NCBI GenBank assembly: GCA_965644495.1
Contig: CBFFSA010000001.1
Location: 930,001-994,000, forward strand
Source of the DNA: Perkinsela sp. CCAP 1560/9
Taxonomy: Eukaryota > Protista > Euglenozoa: Kinetoplastea
Length of the DNA: 64,000 nucleotides
Direction: 5' to 3'
Under the pieces are notes generated by a model. It saw only the letters and a list, made by a program, of their open reading frames with translations. It did not search any database and was not told the DNA's origin. Positions 1 through 10,153 of this stretch are shown here, piece after piece; the first letter of the stretch is position 1, and each line of letters opens with the position of its first letter. The position numbers and the translations under genes were made by a program.

Positions 1-2
1 AA

Positions 3-488
3 CCTGTAAACGCTCCGACTGAGCTCCAGGAGTGGAGTCCTTCCCAATTACAATGCCTGCATCGAGCCTTTTGTGACGCACAAACCGTAGAAGATGCACT
101 TAATGCTCTGTCCGCCGAGCCCACTTCCGAATTTGTGGATGCGATACTTCAATCACTACTTCGTAATGCTCCACTCTCAGTGAAAGTAACCTGGGAAATG
201 TTTCGACGTGTACAGAGTCTACCTACACCACAAGAAAACTTCCGTTTGGAATATCGTCTTAGCCAAGGATTTTTATGTCGTTCACCGGATTTTGATGAGG
301 GCGTGCGCGCTCAGTTGCGGGAAAAAACCAAAGATCCCCGTTGGGTTCCCTCTGCTTTGGCAGACGTGAGCGATACCGCAGTACAAAACTTCTTCGATAC
401 CGTTCCTGAGGATGGTGACCTGGATGTTGACTCGCAAATGATTGATTCATCTTCACAAGACTCGAATATAGCTATATCAAAGCTATAG
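3..488 (+). CDS. HIBCH: 3-hydroxyisobutyryl-CoA hydrolase / enoyl-CoA hydratase family, C-terminal part (5' end outside window)
   Basis: Frame open from base 3. Motifs APLSVKVTW, LEYRLS, PDFDEGVRAQL..K.KDPRW.P..LADVSD..V..FF are typical of the ECH_2 C-terminus. Confidence 0.85.
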   Translation, partial: PVNAPTELQEWSPSQLQCLHRAFCDAQTVEDALNALSAEPTSEFVDAILQSLLRNAPLSVKVTWEMFRRVQSLPTPQENFRLEYRLSQGFLCRSPDFDEGVRAQLREKTKDPRWVPSALADVSDTAVQNFFDTVPEDGDLDVDSQMIDSSSQDSNIAISKL

Positions 489-705
489 AGAATTCAGTTT
501 GTTATTAAGCTATTTGTTTATGCTTTGTCACGTTGAACGTTACATTTTCGTATCCTCGGTATTATTCGTACATTGGATATTTACAATGATCTAAATAACG
601 CCTACTCTTCCAAATACATTCCTTCTTTTTATTCCAAATATACTAGTATTTTTCAACGAATGTTACTATCATGACTACTCAGCTGTAATCGAAAAGGTGC
701 TCATA

Positions 706-2907
706 ATGGTTACGGCCTCTGTATCGCATACGAATAAATTAGAATCTCCAGAATCTCTCAAAACCCCGAATAGGCGACGCAGAACAGTTGCGAGCGACTC
801 TCCAAACCAACCCCTCTTAAATGTTCCCGAGGAAAGAACACCCGAGACTCCCTTTTTTGAGTCTTTGCGTGTGTCACAGTCAGCTCAAAAATCCAAAGCA
901 AGGAATGATGTACGAGGAACTCGTGGTCGCAGAAAATCTTTGGGTGACGCGATTCTGGCGATAAAAGCGGCTACTCCTGAACCTGAGAGAAAGTCCACCA
1001 GTGTTTCCTCAATATCCACAACAAAAAGTACACACCCCAATACTGACCCTCTGTGTTTTTCTGCTGAATTTCCGAAACTGGAGCCCAAATCAATGACCCA
1101 CGGAAAGGAGAAAAAACAGAAAGCATCTCCCAAAAGAGACACCAAGAAAACCCTTTCCCCTGCAAAAAGTACCACATCTCCGACCCTACGATCTACCCAC
1201 CGTAAACCCGTCCCCCACGAAGAGGACGCCGCCAGCCCTCCTCTTCTCCCCGACATCGACGCCGCCAACATCCCACTTCACGACCCCCTCACCACCTTAA
1301 CTCTACCCTCCACCTCCCCTTCCCCTCTCACCCCCTCCCCCGAAATCGTCCCCACCTCCCCCTCCTCTTCCTCCTTTGAAACCGCCCCCACCCCCCCTAC
1401 CCCTACTCTCTTCTCCACCCCCACCACCCCCTCTCCCTTCCCCCCCCATGACACCTCCACACGGCCCACCACCACCCCCCTCACCTTCTCCCCCTCCCTT
1501 GACCCCTCCAAGGTACTCCCCTGGCTCCACCAACTCGTGTCCTACCTCGACACCCTCCGTGGGAGTGACATCAAGCAACACCTGGAGGCCTACCCCCGGC
1601 AGGTGACCACCGCCGAGGAGGGAACCCCCACTCCCCGCCGGAGTCAGTCCCACGAGACCCACTTCACCGAGGATAACGTAAAGCTGAACGCGGAGCTCTA
1701 CCGAAGGCTGTTTGAGTACGGGCGGTTCTGTAGGGTGAAAGGCGTCGCGGAGGGGTGCCGGTTGGGGTACCAGGCCGCGGATTACCTGATGCAGAGTCGT
1801 ACGAGACGGGTGTATGGGACCCTATTGCGGACTCAGTTTTGGTCGTTTCTGGAGTTGCTGGAGGGGGGGACGCCGCAGGGGTTTGTGCCGCATGTGGAGC
1901 GGTGCTGGGCAAGGAAAACGAGGTTTGGGATTAAGCTGAGCGCGAGTACGGAGAGAGAGGTGCATCATGTTTTGAATATTACGTACCTGTATGAGTGTGT
2001 TCTGCTTAAGAGTCATGATGAGAGCTCCAACTATGAGTATGGTGGGCTGAAGGAGTTTCTTATCTCGCAGAAGAACAAGCTGGCGGAGTTACTCATAGCG
2101 GAGAACGTGTTGAGTCGCACCGTGACGGCGTGCTATCGTCTACTCGGCATGGTCCCCGACGGGGCGGAGCCTCTTCTCCCGCTGCACGATATGCTAAAAT
2201 TTCTTCGCAATGTGCTCACGCTGCTGATGGAAAGCGTTGACCACGACCTCTCCGCGTGGCAGAGGCTTCTGGAGGAATTAGAGGAAAGTCGTTTGATCGG
2301 GCTACTCCTGCAGTGTGGCACACTATCCTCATGTCGCGTGGAAGCATTTCATATCTTGTATGAGCTGCTGCAATGTAGCGAGACGAGTAGTTTAGTGCTA
2401 GCCATTCTTCGCCCCCATGCCGCTACGGTTTGGGGGCTTCTCATTGAAAAGATCGAGCAAGACCTTATTGGAGCTTTCGCGATGAGACGAGATATTGTAA
2501 CTTTGATACTCGTACATCAGGAGTGTGGTGAGGAGCTGTGGAAATCATTTTTCCAAGCTTTTCAGGAACACTTACAATCGGGGAAAAAATCAACGGCGCC
2601 TTATGAAATAATGCTGAATCTTTTACGACACTATACTTCGGATTACCTGAGCCCAGATATGACGGATGTATTCGTGGAAGCTCATGAATATTTGGTAGAG
2701 GCTTCTTTACGCCCTGCAAAAGAAAAGCCTGCACCACGCATTGCTTTGGTCATGCTAGAGTACTTCCGCCAGCTTCTGCGCAGTGAGCTGCTTTACACCT
2801 TGCATGAACAGATTCTTCCATTTGTGCTGGATGACTTAGCTAGAACAGAAGCATTGCCACGCATGATGACGGATTTGCGCTACGGTGTGAAAAAAGAAAC
2901 TACTTAA
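706..2907 (+). CDS. Hypothetical protein: disordered Ser/Thr/Pro-rich N-half, helical C-half
   Basis: 736-aa ORF (first ATG 706) on the cluster strand; no recognisable domain. Confidence 0.75.
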   Translation: MVTASVSHTNKLESPESLKTPNRRRRTVASDSPNQPLLNVPEERTPETPFFESLRVSQSAQKSKARNDVRGTRGRRKSLGDAILAIKAATPEPERKSTSVSSISTTKSTHPNTDPLCFSAEFPKLEPKSMTHGKEKKQKASPKRDTKKTLSPAKSTTSPTLRSTHRKPVPHEEDAASPPLLPDIDAANIPLHDPLTTLTLPSTSPSPLTPSPEIVPTSPSSSSFETAPTPPTPTLFSTPTTPSPFPPHDTSTRPTTTPLTFSPSLDPSKVLPWLHQLVSYLDTLRGSDIKQHLEAYPRQVTTAEEGTPTPRRSQSHETHFTEDNVKLNAELYRRLFEYGRFCRVKGVAEGCRLGYQAADYLMQSRTRRVYGTLLRTQFWSFLELLEGGTPQGFVPHVERCWARKTRFGIKLSASTEREVHHVLNITYLYECVLLKSHDESSNYEYGGLKEFLISQKNKLAELLIAENVLSRTVTACYRLLGMVPDGAEPLLPLHDMLKFLRNVLTLLMESVDHDLSAWQRLLEELEESRLIGLLLQCGTLSSCRVEAFHILYELLQCSETSSLVLAILRPHAATVWGLLIEKIEQDLIGAFAMRRDIVTLILVHQECGEELWKSFFQAFQEHLQSGKKSTAPYEIMLNLLRHYTSDYLSPDMTDVFVEAHEYLVEASLRPAKEKPAPRIALVMLEYFRQLLRSELLYTLHEQILPFVLDDLARTEALPRMMTDLRYGVKKETT

Positions 2908-3194
2908 GGACCAGTGCACGTTGTAATTTTTATTACAAATGTACTTTTTTAGATAGATATTTCTTAGACACTAGATTTAGAATAAACTCAGTATTTATTG
3001 TTTGTTTAACAGTACAATCACTATAATGAGTTCAATCAATACAGTAGCCCTAAGATATGGAGTACTAGAACGTGAAAGGAATACATGCAACAGTTGAAAG
3101 CTGTAAGACTGTACTTTTTTTCGCTACTTTTAGCATAAAAGCTTTTTGCGATATTGTCCTTAAACTCCTTCAATTCTGTTTTGTCAACACCAGT

Positions 3195-3821
3195 ATGGAA
3201 GATTTTTTTAACGTTGGGTACTCCCATCAAGAAGAGCCGGTTCGAAAAGTACTTAATCTGGCTACACTTGCGAAACAGGTGCCCGTGGGTATTTCGAAGG
3301 ACGAGAAGTCGCAAACGAAGGAAGAAAATGTATTAGAAAGCGTTGACAAACCTAGCAACTATCTTCAAAACGATTTATCTGTCGATGACACAAAAAGGAA
3401 ACTCCCTACTAGATCACAGAGGAGCAGTATTATTGACGCGATATCCAAGCGCGCGTTGCTCCAAAAACAATCCAAGCAAAGTTCACTCGTCGAGCGTATT
3501 CGTAGAGAGAAAATAATGGAAGATACCCAGACGAAAAATTCACAGGATCGGCCAATCTCCAATTTCACCACCGATGCGTACCAAAGAATTCTCAAAGATC
3601 TTGGCAATTCTTCTAAGCCCGATGATTCAAGTGTAGCAGAGGATGAAATTCGTCACGAAGTATTGCAATCGGCAAGCAATTACGACGAGTCGAATTTAAA
3701 AGTGGTGAGGTCAAATGATATTGACGTCGTAGATAAGAACCTAAGATTTCCCGAATTGACTGAAGGTGAAATCGAGAAATATCGCCAACGTTATCTATTA
3801 CGGGTTGCTAAGAAATGCTAG
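3195..3821 (+). CDS. Hypothetical charged protein
   Basis: Open from 3072; first ATG at 3195 after a pyrimidine-rich tract. Confidence 0.6.
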   Translation: MEDFFNVGYSHQEEPVRKVLNLATLAKQVPVGISKDEKSQTKEENVLESVDKPSNYLQNDLSVDDTKRKLPTRSQRSSIIDAISKRALLQKQSKQSSLVERIRREKIMEDTQTKNSQDRPISNFTTDAYQRILKDLGNSSKPDDSSVAEDEIRHEVLQSASNYDESNLKVVRSNDIDVVDKNLRFPELTEGEIEKYRQRYLLRVAKKC

Positions 3822-4530
3822 TAACGCTGCTTGTTTCAGTCTCATATTCAGTTTTCTGCATAAGACCGAAAATACATGCACTGTAATCCGGGCGTGCATG
3901 TAAGCTTTTTAACGTTATAGTGGTGCTACAATCTCGCAGGTCTGTGATTGGTTGCCGACGGGCCGGTCGATTTGCCAATTGTGATACTGCAGCACTCATT
4001 ACAAAAGCGCTCAGTTTTATGTGTGCGTTGTTTTGTCTATTCCATCAGTACGGGGCCCTACTGCTTGCTTAAAATCGTCAGCTGTATGTCGATTTCTGTC
4101 CCCAACAAAGCATTATCTCATGTGAAAGTCATGTATCCCCTGTCGTGGGGAATACAACAAAAGTACGCTAGAAGTACAGTGTAAGCTCATGCCTTTTGAT
4201 CTTCCTTTTCGTTATTACGTGTTCTTAGACAGGTTAATTTTGCTCGAAGGCATTACTGTACTCTAACATGAAAAAAGGGGGTGTAAGTAAGTGTGGTAAG
4301 TAAGTGTGGAAAGCGTTGTGTACTGCAAAAAAGAACTTCTGCACTCCATTAAAAACAGGTAGGGGGAAAGTCGGTAAGGGGAAGTCGGTAAAGGGAAAGT
4401 AGGTGAGGGCGAAAAGGGGCAAGCAGAAGGTGGGAAAGCGGAAAGTACCAAAAAAGACTATTGCACACTTCTCGTTCTTATTTTTTTTATCAGTTCACTT
4501 TCAGTTTGTACTAAACACTTTTTATCGGTC

Positions 4531-5346
4531 ATGAGCACAGCGCCCGAACATTTTTCGTCGAGAGAACGACTTTCTATTTTGAATACGGCACCAAGTGCAG
4601 ATACCCCTGAAGTGAGGTTGTTAAGCTTCCTTCGAAACGTCACCGGACTTCATACATCTTGGGGAGAATCAACGCCAGTATGCAAATGGCGAGGAGTCAC
4701 CTGCAACGATGCTCAACAGGTCGTTAGTCTATGCTGGATACTTGAGCTGTCCGGAGCACTCCATTGGAATCTCTTGCCTGTCTCCTTAGATACGTTACAG
4801 TTGCAACGTAATTCCTTTACAGGGAGAGTGTTTCTTGGCGATCTGCCACGCGAAATGCGCAAGTTGGATCTCTCGTTTAATTTGTTTTCTGGAAAATTGG
4901 ATTGGAGTGTCCTACCTCCGAGTTTGCGCGAGTTGAATCTGTCATGTAATCATTTCTCGGGTCCGATCATTCTACAAACTCTTTCACACACTGCAATTGA
5001 GGTTATCCTTTTACAGAATAACACATTTACATCGAATCTTCAACTTTCAGACCTACCTCCCAAATTACGAGAACTTAACGTGGAGTACAACTATCTTTCT
5101 GGACGACCAGATTTTACTCGATTACATGAAGGCTTGCGCATACTTCACGTTGGGGGAAATCGTTTGTCAAGTATCATGAATCTTACAGTTCTTCCTGAGA
5201 GCTTGCAAAGTCTCCGCATTCAGGGTAGTGAAATTGTCCCTCATCCCGTGGGTTTTTTTCTACACTGCGGGACTTATCAGCGCCGTCATGCTCCTCCGAA
5301 AGCACCGCGGATTTATCCTCGAAAAGATTCAGGAATAGCGACATAG
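4531..5346 (+). CDS. Leucine-rich repeat protein (LRRNT cap plus ~23-aa LRRs)
   Basis: SW...TPVCKWRGVTC cap; repeats of LxLxxNxFSGxLxxxxLPxxL; paralogous to 44229 and 61793. Confidence 0.9.
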   Translation: MSTAPEHFSSRERLSILNTAPSADTPEVRLLSFLRNVTGLHTSWGESTPVCKWRGVTCNDAQQVVSLCWILELSGALHWNLLPVSLDTLQLQRNSFTGRVFLGDLPREMRKLDLSFNLFSGKLDWSVLPPSLRELNLSCNHFSGPIILQTLSHTAIEVILLQNNTFTSNLQLSDLPPKLRELNVEYNYLSGRPDFTRLHEGLRILHVGGNRLSSIMNLTVLPESLQSLRIQGSEIVPHPVGFFLHCGTYQRRHAPPKAPRIYPRKDSGIAT

Positions 5347-6454
5347 AGTTGTTGTTGTTTTGGTGAATGTGGGAACTTTACGAATATGGAAAAGTCTGTA
5401 AAACGTTTGTACGATACACTCTCTAACGGATGGTTCGCCGAACCCTTGGCACCGCATCGGGCCGCCGTATCGGGCAATGACCACCTCGATGGGAGATTAA
5501 TGAAACTCGACAGAACTTATTCTTGTCTCGGATGAATGTGGTGTGTTTTCCCAGTATTCTCTGGTACGCGCCTGGTCAGCAAAGAGTCTTGGTCCGTGAT
5601 TCGCATGGGATAGTTTGCTTTTACAAATGCTCCGGTGGGCAGGAGAATTCGCTCAATAGTAAATTCACCTGATCAGGGACGACTGCTTTTAGTGTTCGTA
5701 TGGTTTGAAAACGGAGAACAGAAGGGAATAAAGTTTCCGTTAACGGGAATAGGGTGGCCAGAGCACACACATTCGACAGGGCCGGATGTCTCCCTCACCT
5801 TCTGATGGCTATGGGAGTAGCCATCCAGAAGGGCAATGTCCAGATAGTGCAAGCGGCGGTACCGAATTGGTACAGTCGCGGAGTGCGCTAACTGGGGTAG
5901 GAGCGGGGGGTGGGAGTTTATATAATATATACAAAATTTGCAAAAACAAATCGATTTTGAAATGCTATTTATGTTTTTGAGCTTACCACTATCATTAATA
6001 CGTGTAATGTATCAAAAAACGGGAATAGTTTCCTCATTTTCTTTATATGGAGTAGACAGGTAAGCAAGATCAACTTCCATCATATCTGGCACGCAGCAAC
6101 GTAGGTGCGCGAAAAAAAACATTTGAGGGCTACGCTCAGAGTTTGCCTTTGATTGCAAACGGGTAAACAAAAAAAAATCTTGTGTACCCGTTTGTTACAA
6201 GTGTCATTTCTTTTACTCACCTGTTACAAGTGTCGCTGACGTGGGCTAAGCTCACAGTCAGACCTTGCCTCCGGACAAGTAAACAAGTTCGCGCATTACT
6301 GTTTTTTTTTTTGAAAGTAGGGAAATTTGGATCTGGTCTATAAAACGCCTTTTTGTGGCCATGCCAGTGAGATGAAATGCTCATCGATTGGGTAAATCAA
6401 CACGACCATGAACATGCAGTGTAGATTTATTTTTCTTGGGAATTGATTTGTTGA

Positions 6455-7010
6455 AGAAGTGTGCCCCCGGCCTGGCAAATGTCAATTTTTTTATCCGTTT
6501 TTGCTCATTTTTGCAGCATTCGAGAGATCTCGTTCCCCTAGCGAAGAGCTTTGCCGCCTTTTTTTCATAGGGACCCTGGTGCTCTGGTGGTGACCCCAAA
6601 GTAGACCAAAAACAAAAAAATGGTACATTAGACATCCAGAAAAAAATCACCCTTTTAATGATAAAATGAGAAAAAAGGAAAAAGTATCAATATCCGCAGT
6701 GCTCCCCATTGGTCTGAATAACTATTTGCATACGTTTGGGAACAGAATTGATGGAATTCAACACTTTTTGTTTGTGTGGGGCCCGTTTTAGAGCATTAAA
6801 CGCCTTTTCTATGGCCTTTGTCAGGGTTACATAGTTGTGTGGCTTAAATTTTTTTTGTACAATTTGTTCATCACGCTCCAAACGTTCTCAATAGGATTGA
6901 GATCTGGAGAGTTGGGTGACCAATTCATAAGAGGAATTGTATAGTTTATAAGCTCACGCTTTGCCAAATTATGGGTTGTGGCGTTATCCATTTGAACCCA
7001 TACATTTTCC
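6455..7010 (-). mobile_element. Tc1/IS630-family element fragment (3' TIR plus transposase C-terminus), duplicate of 35030-35918 without the MITE
   Basis: Minus strand reads ENVWVQMDNATTH...WSPNSPDLNPIENVW then, after a frameshift, ...SVPKRMQIVIQTNGEHCGY. Near-identical to the 35 kb copy; the outermost 11 bp of the TIR are missing. Confidence 0.9.
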
Positions 7011-8252
7011 GGTTAAATTAAAGCAAAATTCGCTTTTTTTTAAAAAAATGTTTTTTTCCGGTTTTCAAAAATTTTGTGCAATGAAATCAACACTTTCCGC
7101 TTCTAGTTTTCTACTTAAATACTTGGACAAGACTTACAAATGAATACAATGACAATGATGTTGTAGATTCTGTAGGATGCGCAGCATTACATCGCCGCCA
7201 TTGTACCGTAGGCTGTCGTTGCATTTTTCAGCATTGGCTTGCACACGATCTGCCCGTTTATCCTTTTTCCTTCCTAATACGTTTCCTTCTCCATTAAGTC
7301 TCTTCTTCGCCACCGAATTCGCGCACTCCACAGTGTTCGTGTGGACACCCTCTTCTGTTATCCATTCTCGGCGGTGGTTCACGCTATTCCACTTATAGCG
7401 TCCACCAAGGCGGATATTGTGACGCGCCCCGTCGGTCCAAATTCGTGTCCTCCCCCCGCTCGCCAGATCTTCAATTCGAGGAAGTAACGTGCTTGCCTTA
7501 CGATCAGGTACAACTTCCATGAACATTTCAGATAAATTGTTCGCTCGAGTAGTCACAGCAATTGTCTGTGCAACTTCTGTACCATCATCTCGCACCCGTC
7601 TTGCACCATGAGAACCTCGGTGACGTTTCCGTACAGAAAAAAATGTCTCATCGCATTGCATTGAAGCAACGCTGCCGCGATTCCTGATACGTCGGCGAAC
7701 ATGAGCTGTGGCCATCATGCCATCCATCCATTGCCTTAGAGACACAATGGTCTGCAGACTAAGTTCTGTCTCCGCTGCCGAATCCGAATGTCGTCCACCA
7801 CGAACGTACAAAATTATGTACTTTAATGTTTGCTTTGCACTTCTTTGTGCCCTTCCAGGTACGAGAGGTCCTAAGGTGGCGTACATTCCTTTGTATTTTT
7901 TAGTCCACCTCCATTTCCCGTCAGTGACGTGCATAGTATAGGGCGCCTTGTGTAGTCTTTTATAACATACAACCTTCTGAGCCACCAACTTATGGGTTCT
8001 TAACCACTCCCTGCATTTCGATTCGCTCCACACAGAAACTTTGCTCAAAGTGAGATTTCCTCGGCAAGCGAAACCGTTGCATCCTTCACAGGGCATGTGT
8101 TGGAGTTGAGGAGTCTGAATCTGAAAAATGAATCTGAAAAATAAAGGAAAAAGTGGAAATACATGATACGATACAAAAAGAATACAATTATTTTTAGTGC
8201 GGACGACTTTCCTTTTTTTTTCAAAAAAGGCGAATTTTGCTTTAATTTCACC
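7011..8252 (-). mobile_element. Merlin (IS1595/ISXO2-like) DNA transposon, copy 1
   Basis: TIRs GGT(T/G)AAATTAAAGCAAAATTCGC at 7011 and ending at 8252. Left flank CATTTTCC, right flank GAACTTTC (no TSD). Confidence 0.92.
7134..8096 (-). CDS. Merlin/ISXO2-like DDE transposase, intact 320 aa
   Basis: CDETFF (D), IWTDG (D), VNH, GVHTNTVE (E); N-terminal Cys cluster. Confidence 0.92.
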   Translation of the reverse strand: MPCEGCNGFACRGNLTLSKVSVWSESKCREWLRTHKLVAQKVVCYKRLHKAPYTMHVTDGKWRWTKKYKGMYATLGPLVPGRAQRSAKQTLKYIILYVRGGRHSDSAAETELSLQTIVSLRQWMDGMMATAHVRRRIRNRGSVASMQCDETFFSVRKRHRGSHGARRVRDDGTEVAQTIAVTTRANNLSEMFMEVVPDRKASTLLPRIEDLASGGRTRIWTDGARHNIRLGGRYKWNSVNHRREWITEEGVHTNTVECANSVAKKRLNGEGNVLGRKKDKRADRVQANAEKCNDSLRYNGGDVMLRILQNLQHHCHCIHL

Positions 8253-8352
8253 GAACTTTCAGTAGCTGATACACCTTAGGGAAGTTATTTTAATTACTTT
8301 TTTTTAATTAGTTATTTTTTATTCATAATATTTTAGGAAGACCAGTTTTTGT

Positions 8353-9501
8353 ATGCCCTACATAATAGACCAAGGTCGCTACGAATTAAGGTGTGGTTCA
8401 ATGAACGATTATCCTGAAGTTGTCGAACTCGTACAAAGTTCTGACGCTCAGGATTCACCCACATTTCAGCTTTTTACCGACGATAACCTTGTAAAGCAAC
8501 TGCGACACATAGACTTCAATGAATCCAGCTCTACTTCCGCTACTGCAGTTAGAAAGAAAAGACAAACCACTCCGATTCACTATGAAGGTGGTATTTTGGC
8601 GTCGCTTCCGATTGATCCACTTCCTAGCTACATTGAAATCTCGAGACTTTGTCAGCACTATTTTGAAGTGGCAGCGGCTCCACACGTTTCTCTTTGCTTT
8701 AGTCCTTTGTTGGCATCACTTGCGCATGGACGACGTTCCTCGCTAGTTTGTGATTTAGGTTATACTAGCGCTCGTGTCAGTAAGGTACAGGAAGCTGTAG
8801 TCCAGCATGGATACACCAAATCCAGTCAGTCCATATCCGGTCATGCAGTGGATAAACTCATCTTAAGGAACGTGGATAAAGTTTCTGCTGATCCGACAAA
8901 CTTGCACTTCATAAAAAAGAAATTGTGTACGATGAAGAAAGGAACGACTTTAGAACCTAACGTAAACTCACACGTGAGTTCGCCCGATTGTTGTGAACAG
9001 CAAAACTATGCTTTGCAGCTGCCGGATGGGAACAAAATATGTTATCCATGCGGACTGGGCCAATCAATTCGAGAATTGTACTTCTCACACACTAGTAGCA
9101 AAATGTCTCCTGCTCGAAAAGGTATAGATCTTGAGGCGCTCTCCTTGACGGAATTAATTCGTCTAGGCATGTCGGATACTCCGTCTGAACTAAATTTGGA
9201 AACTTCACCTAGTATAGTAGTTTGTGGAGGAGGATCTGCCATTCGAGGAATGATTCCGCGGTTGCGCTTTGAGCTTCAAGCGCCTTGGACTCCTTCATTT
9301 CTTACAAGAGGGGCTTTTAGGGGAAACGAATCAATACAGTTTCGTCCAGATATTTTTTGTGATTCTCTTCACCCAGAGTACACGGTCTGGACTGGAGGGT
9401 CCATCGCCTCTCAACTAAAAACATTCATTTCTTATCAAGTGTCTAGGCTAGAATACATGGAAGATGGGCCTGATATTGTTCATCGCCGATGTTTATGTTG
9501 A
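8353..9501 (+). CDS. Divergent actin-related protein (nuclear ARP4-like)
   Basis: IIDQG..ELRCG, LVCDLG, LPDG, IVVCGGGS..RL..EL, VWTGGSIASQL.TF..EYME.GP.IVHRRC actin-fold motifs. Confidence 0.8.
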   Translation: MPYIIDQGRYELRCGSMNDYPEVVELVQSSDAQDSPTFQLFTDDNLVKQLRHIDFNESSSTSATAVRKKRQTTPIHYEGGILASLPIDPLPSYIEISRLCQHYFEVAAAPHVSLCFSPLLASLAHGRRSSLVCDLGYTSARVSKVQEAVVQHGYTKSSQSISGHAVDKLILRNVDKVSADPTNLHFIKKKLCTMKKGTTLEPNVNSHVSSPDCCEQQNYALQLPDGNKICYPCGLGQSIRELYFSHTSSKMSPARKGIDLEALSLTELIRLGMSDTPSELNLETSPSIVVCGGGSAIRGMIPRLRFELQAPWTPSFLTRGAFRGNESIQFRPDIFCDSLHPEYTVWTGGSIASQLKTFISYQVSRLEYMEDGPDIVHRRCLC

Positions 9502-9689
9502 ACACTAGTGTAACAGAAACTAAAAGGATCTTCCTTAATCTAATCAGGAAGCTTGTTGGACTTGCCCTCTTTTCATTGAACTGTCCCCGTTAATTATTTG
9601 TCACTACTTTTCTGGTAAACATGAGTAATGAAATAATTAAAGTTCCATCCTTATTGCTTTAATAGCTACTGTTTCCTTGAGATACTTAA

Positions 9690-10050
9690 CGTAAAATGAA
9701 TCCAAGTGCGCTTTTCTTGTAAAATTTGAAGAACAAGCAGCAATACTTCCCTTCCATAGCGGAGACTCGCGTTGCACTTTTCGGTGATTGCTTGCACTCT
9801 TTTTTCTTCCCTTTAAAACACTCGCTTCAGGCTCCTATCTCTTCTTCCCCATTGAATTAGCACATTCTATGGTATTGATGTGCACACCTTCCAGTGTCAC
9901 CCACTACCGACGGTGATTTACGCATTGCCACTGGAACTCGTTCCCGAGTTGAATTTTGTACCGCGTCCCCTCCATCCGAATTCTCGTGCCCCCCCCAGAA
10001 GCAAGTTCCGAAAAGTTTGGACCAATGTCCTGGATGTTCAATCGGAAGCC
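9690..10050 (-). pseudogene. Degenerate Merlin transposase C-terminal fragment (older lineage)
   Basis: Minus strand LASGGGTRI..QCVNHRR*WVTLEGVHINTIECANSMGKKR*...RVQAITEKCNASLRYG...LQILQ aligns with the intact Merlin C-terminus; contains in-frame stops. Confidence 0.85.
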
Positions 10051-10153
10051 ATTTCGATCAAAGTTCGAGAGTAAGAGGGATGAAACCTGGAGGACCCTGT
10101 CACTTATCGGGTGGGATCGGTCGGGATCGGTGCTTGAGTAGCTTTTTATGATA

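Noticed and set aside
1278-1662. Gly-rich and Pro-rich alternative-frame ORFs
   Set aside because: Products of C-runs within the 736-aa ORF
5780-5916. Assignment as SRP RNA, HDV or hammerhead ribozyme, or group II domain V
   Set aside because: Lacks the SRP helix 8 motif, HDV L3/P1.1, the CUGAUGA...GAAA core and the DV geometry; kept only as an unassigned candidate
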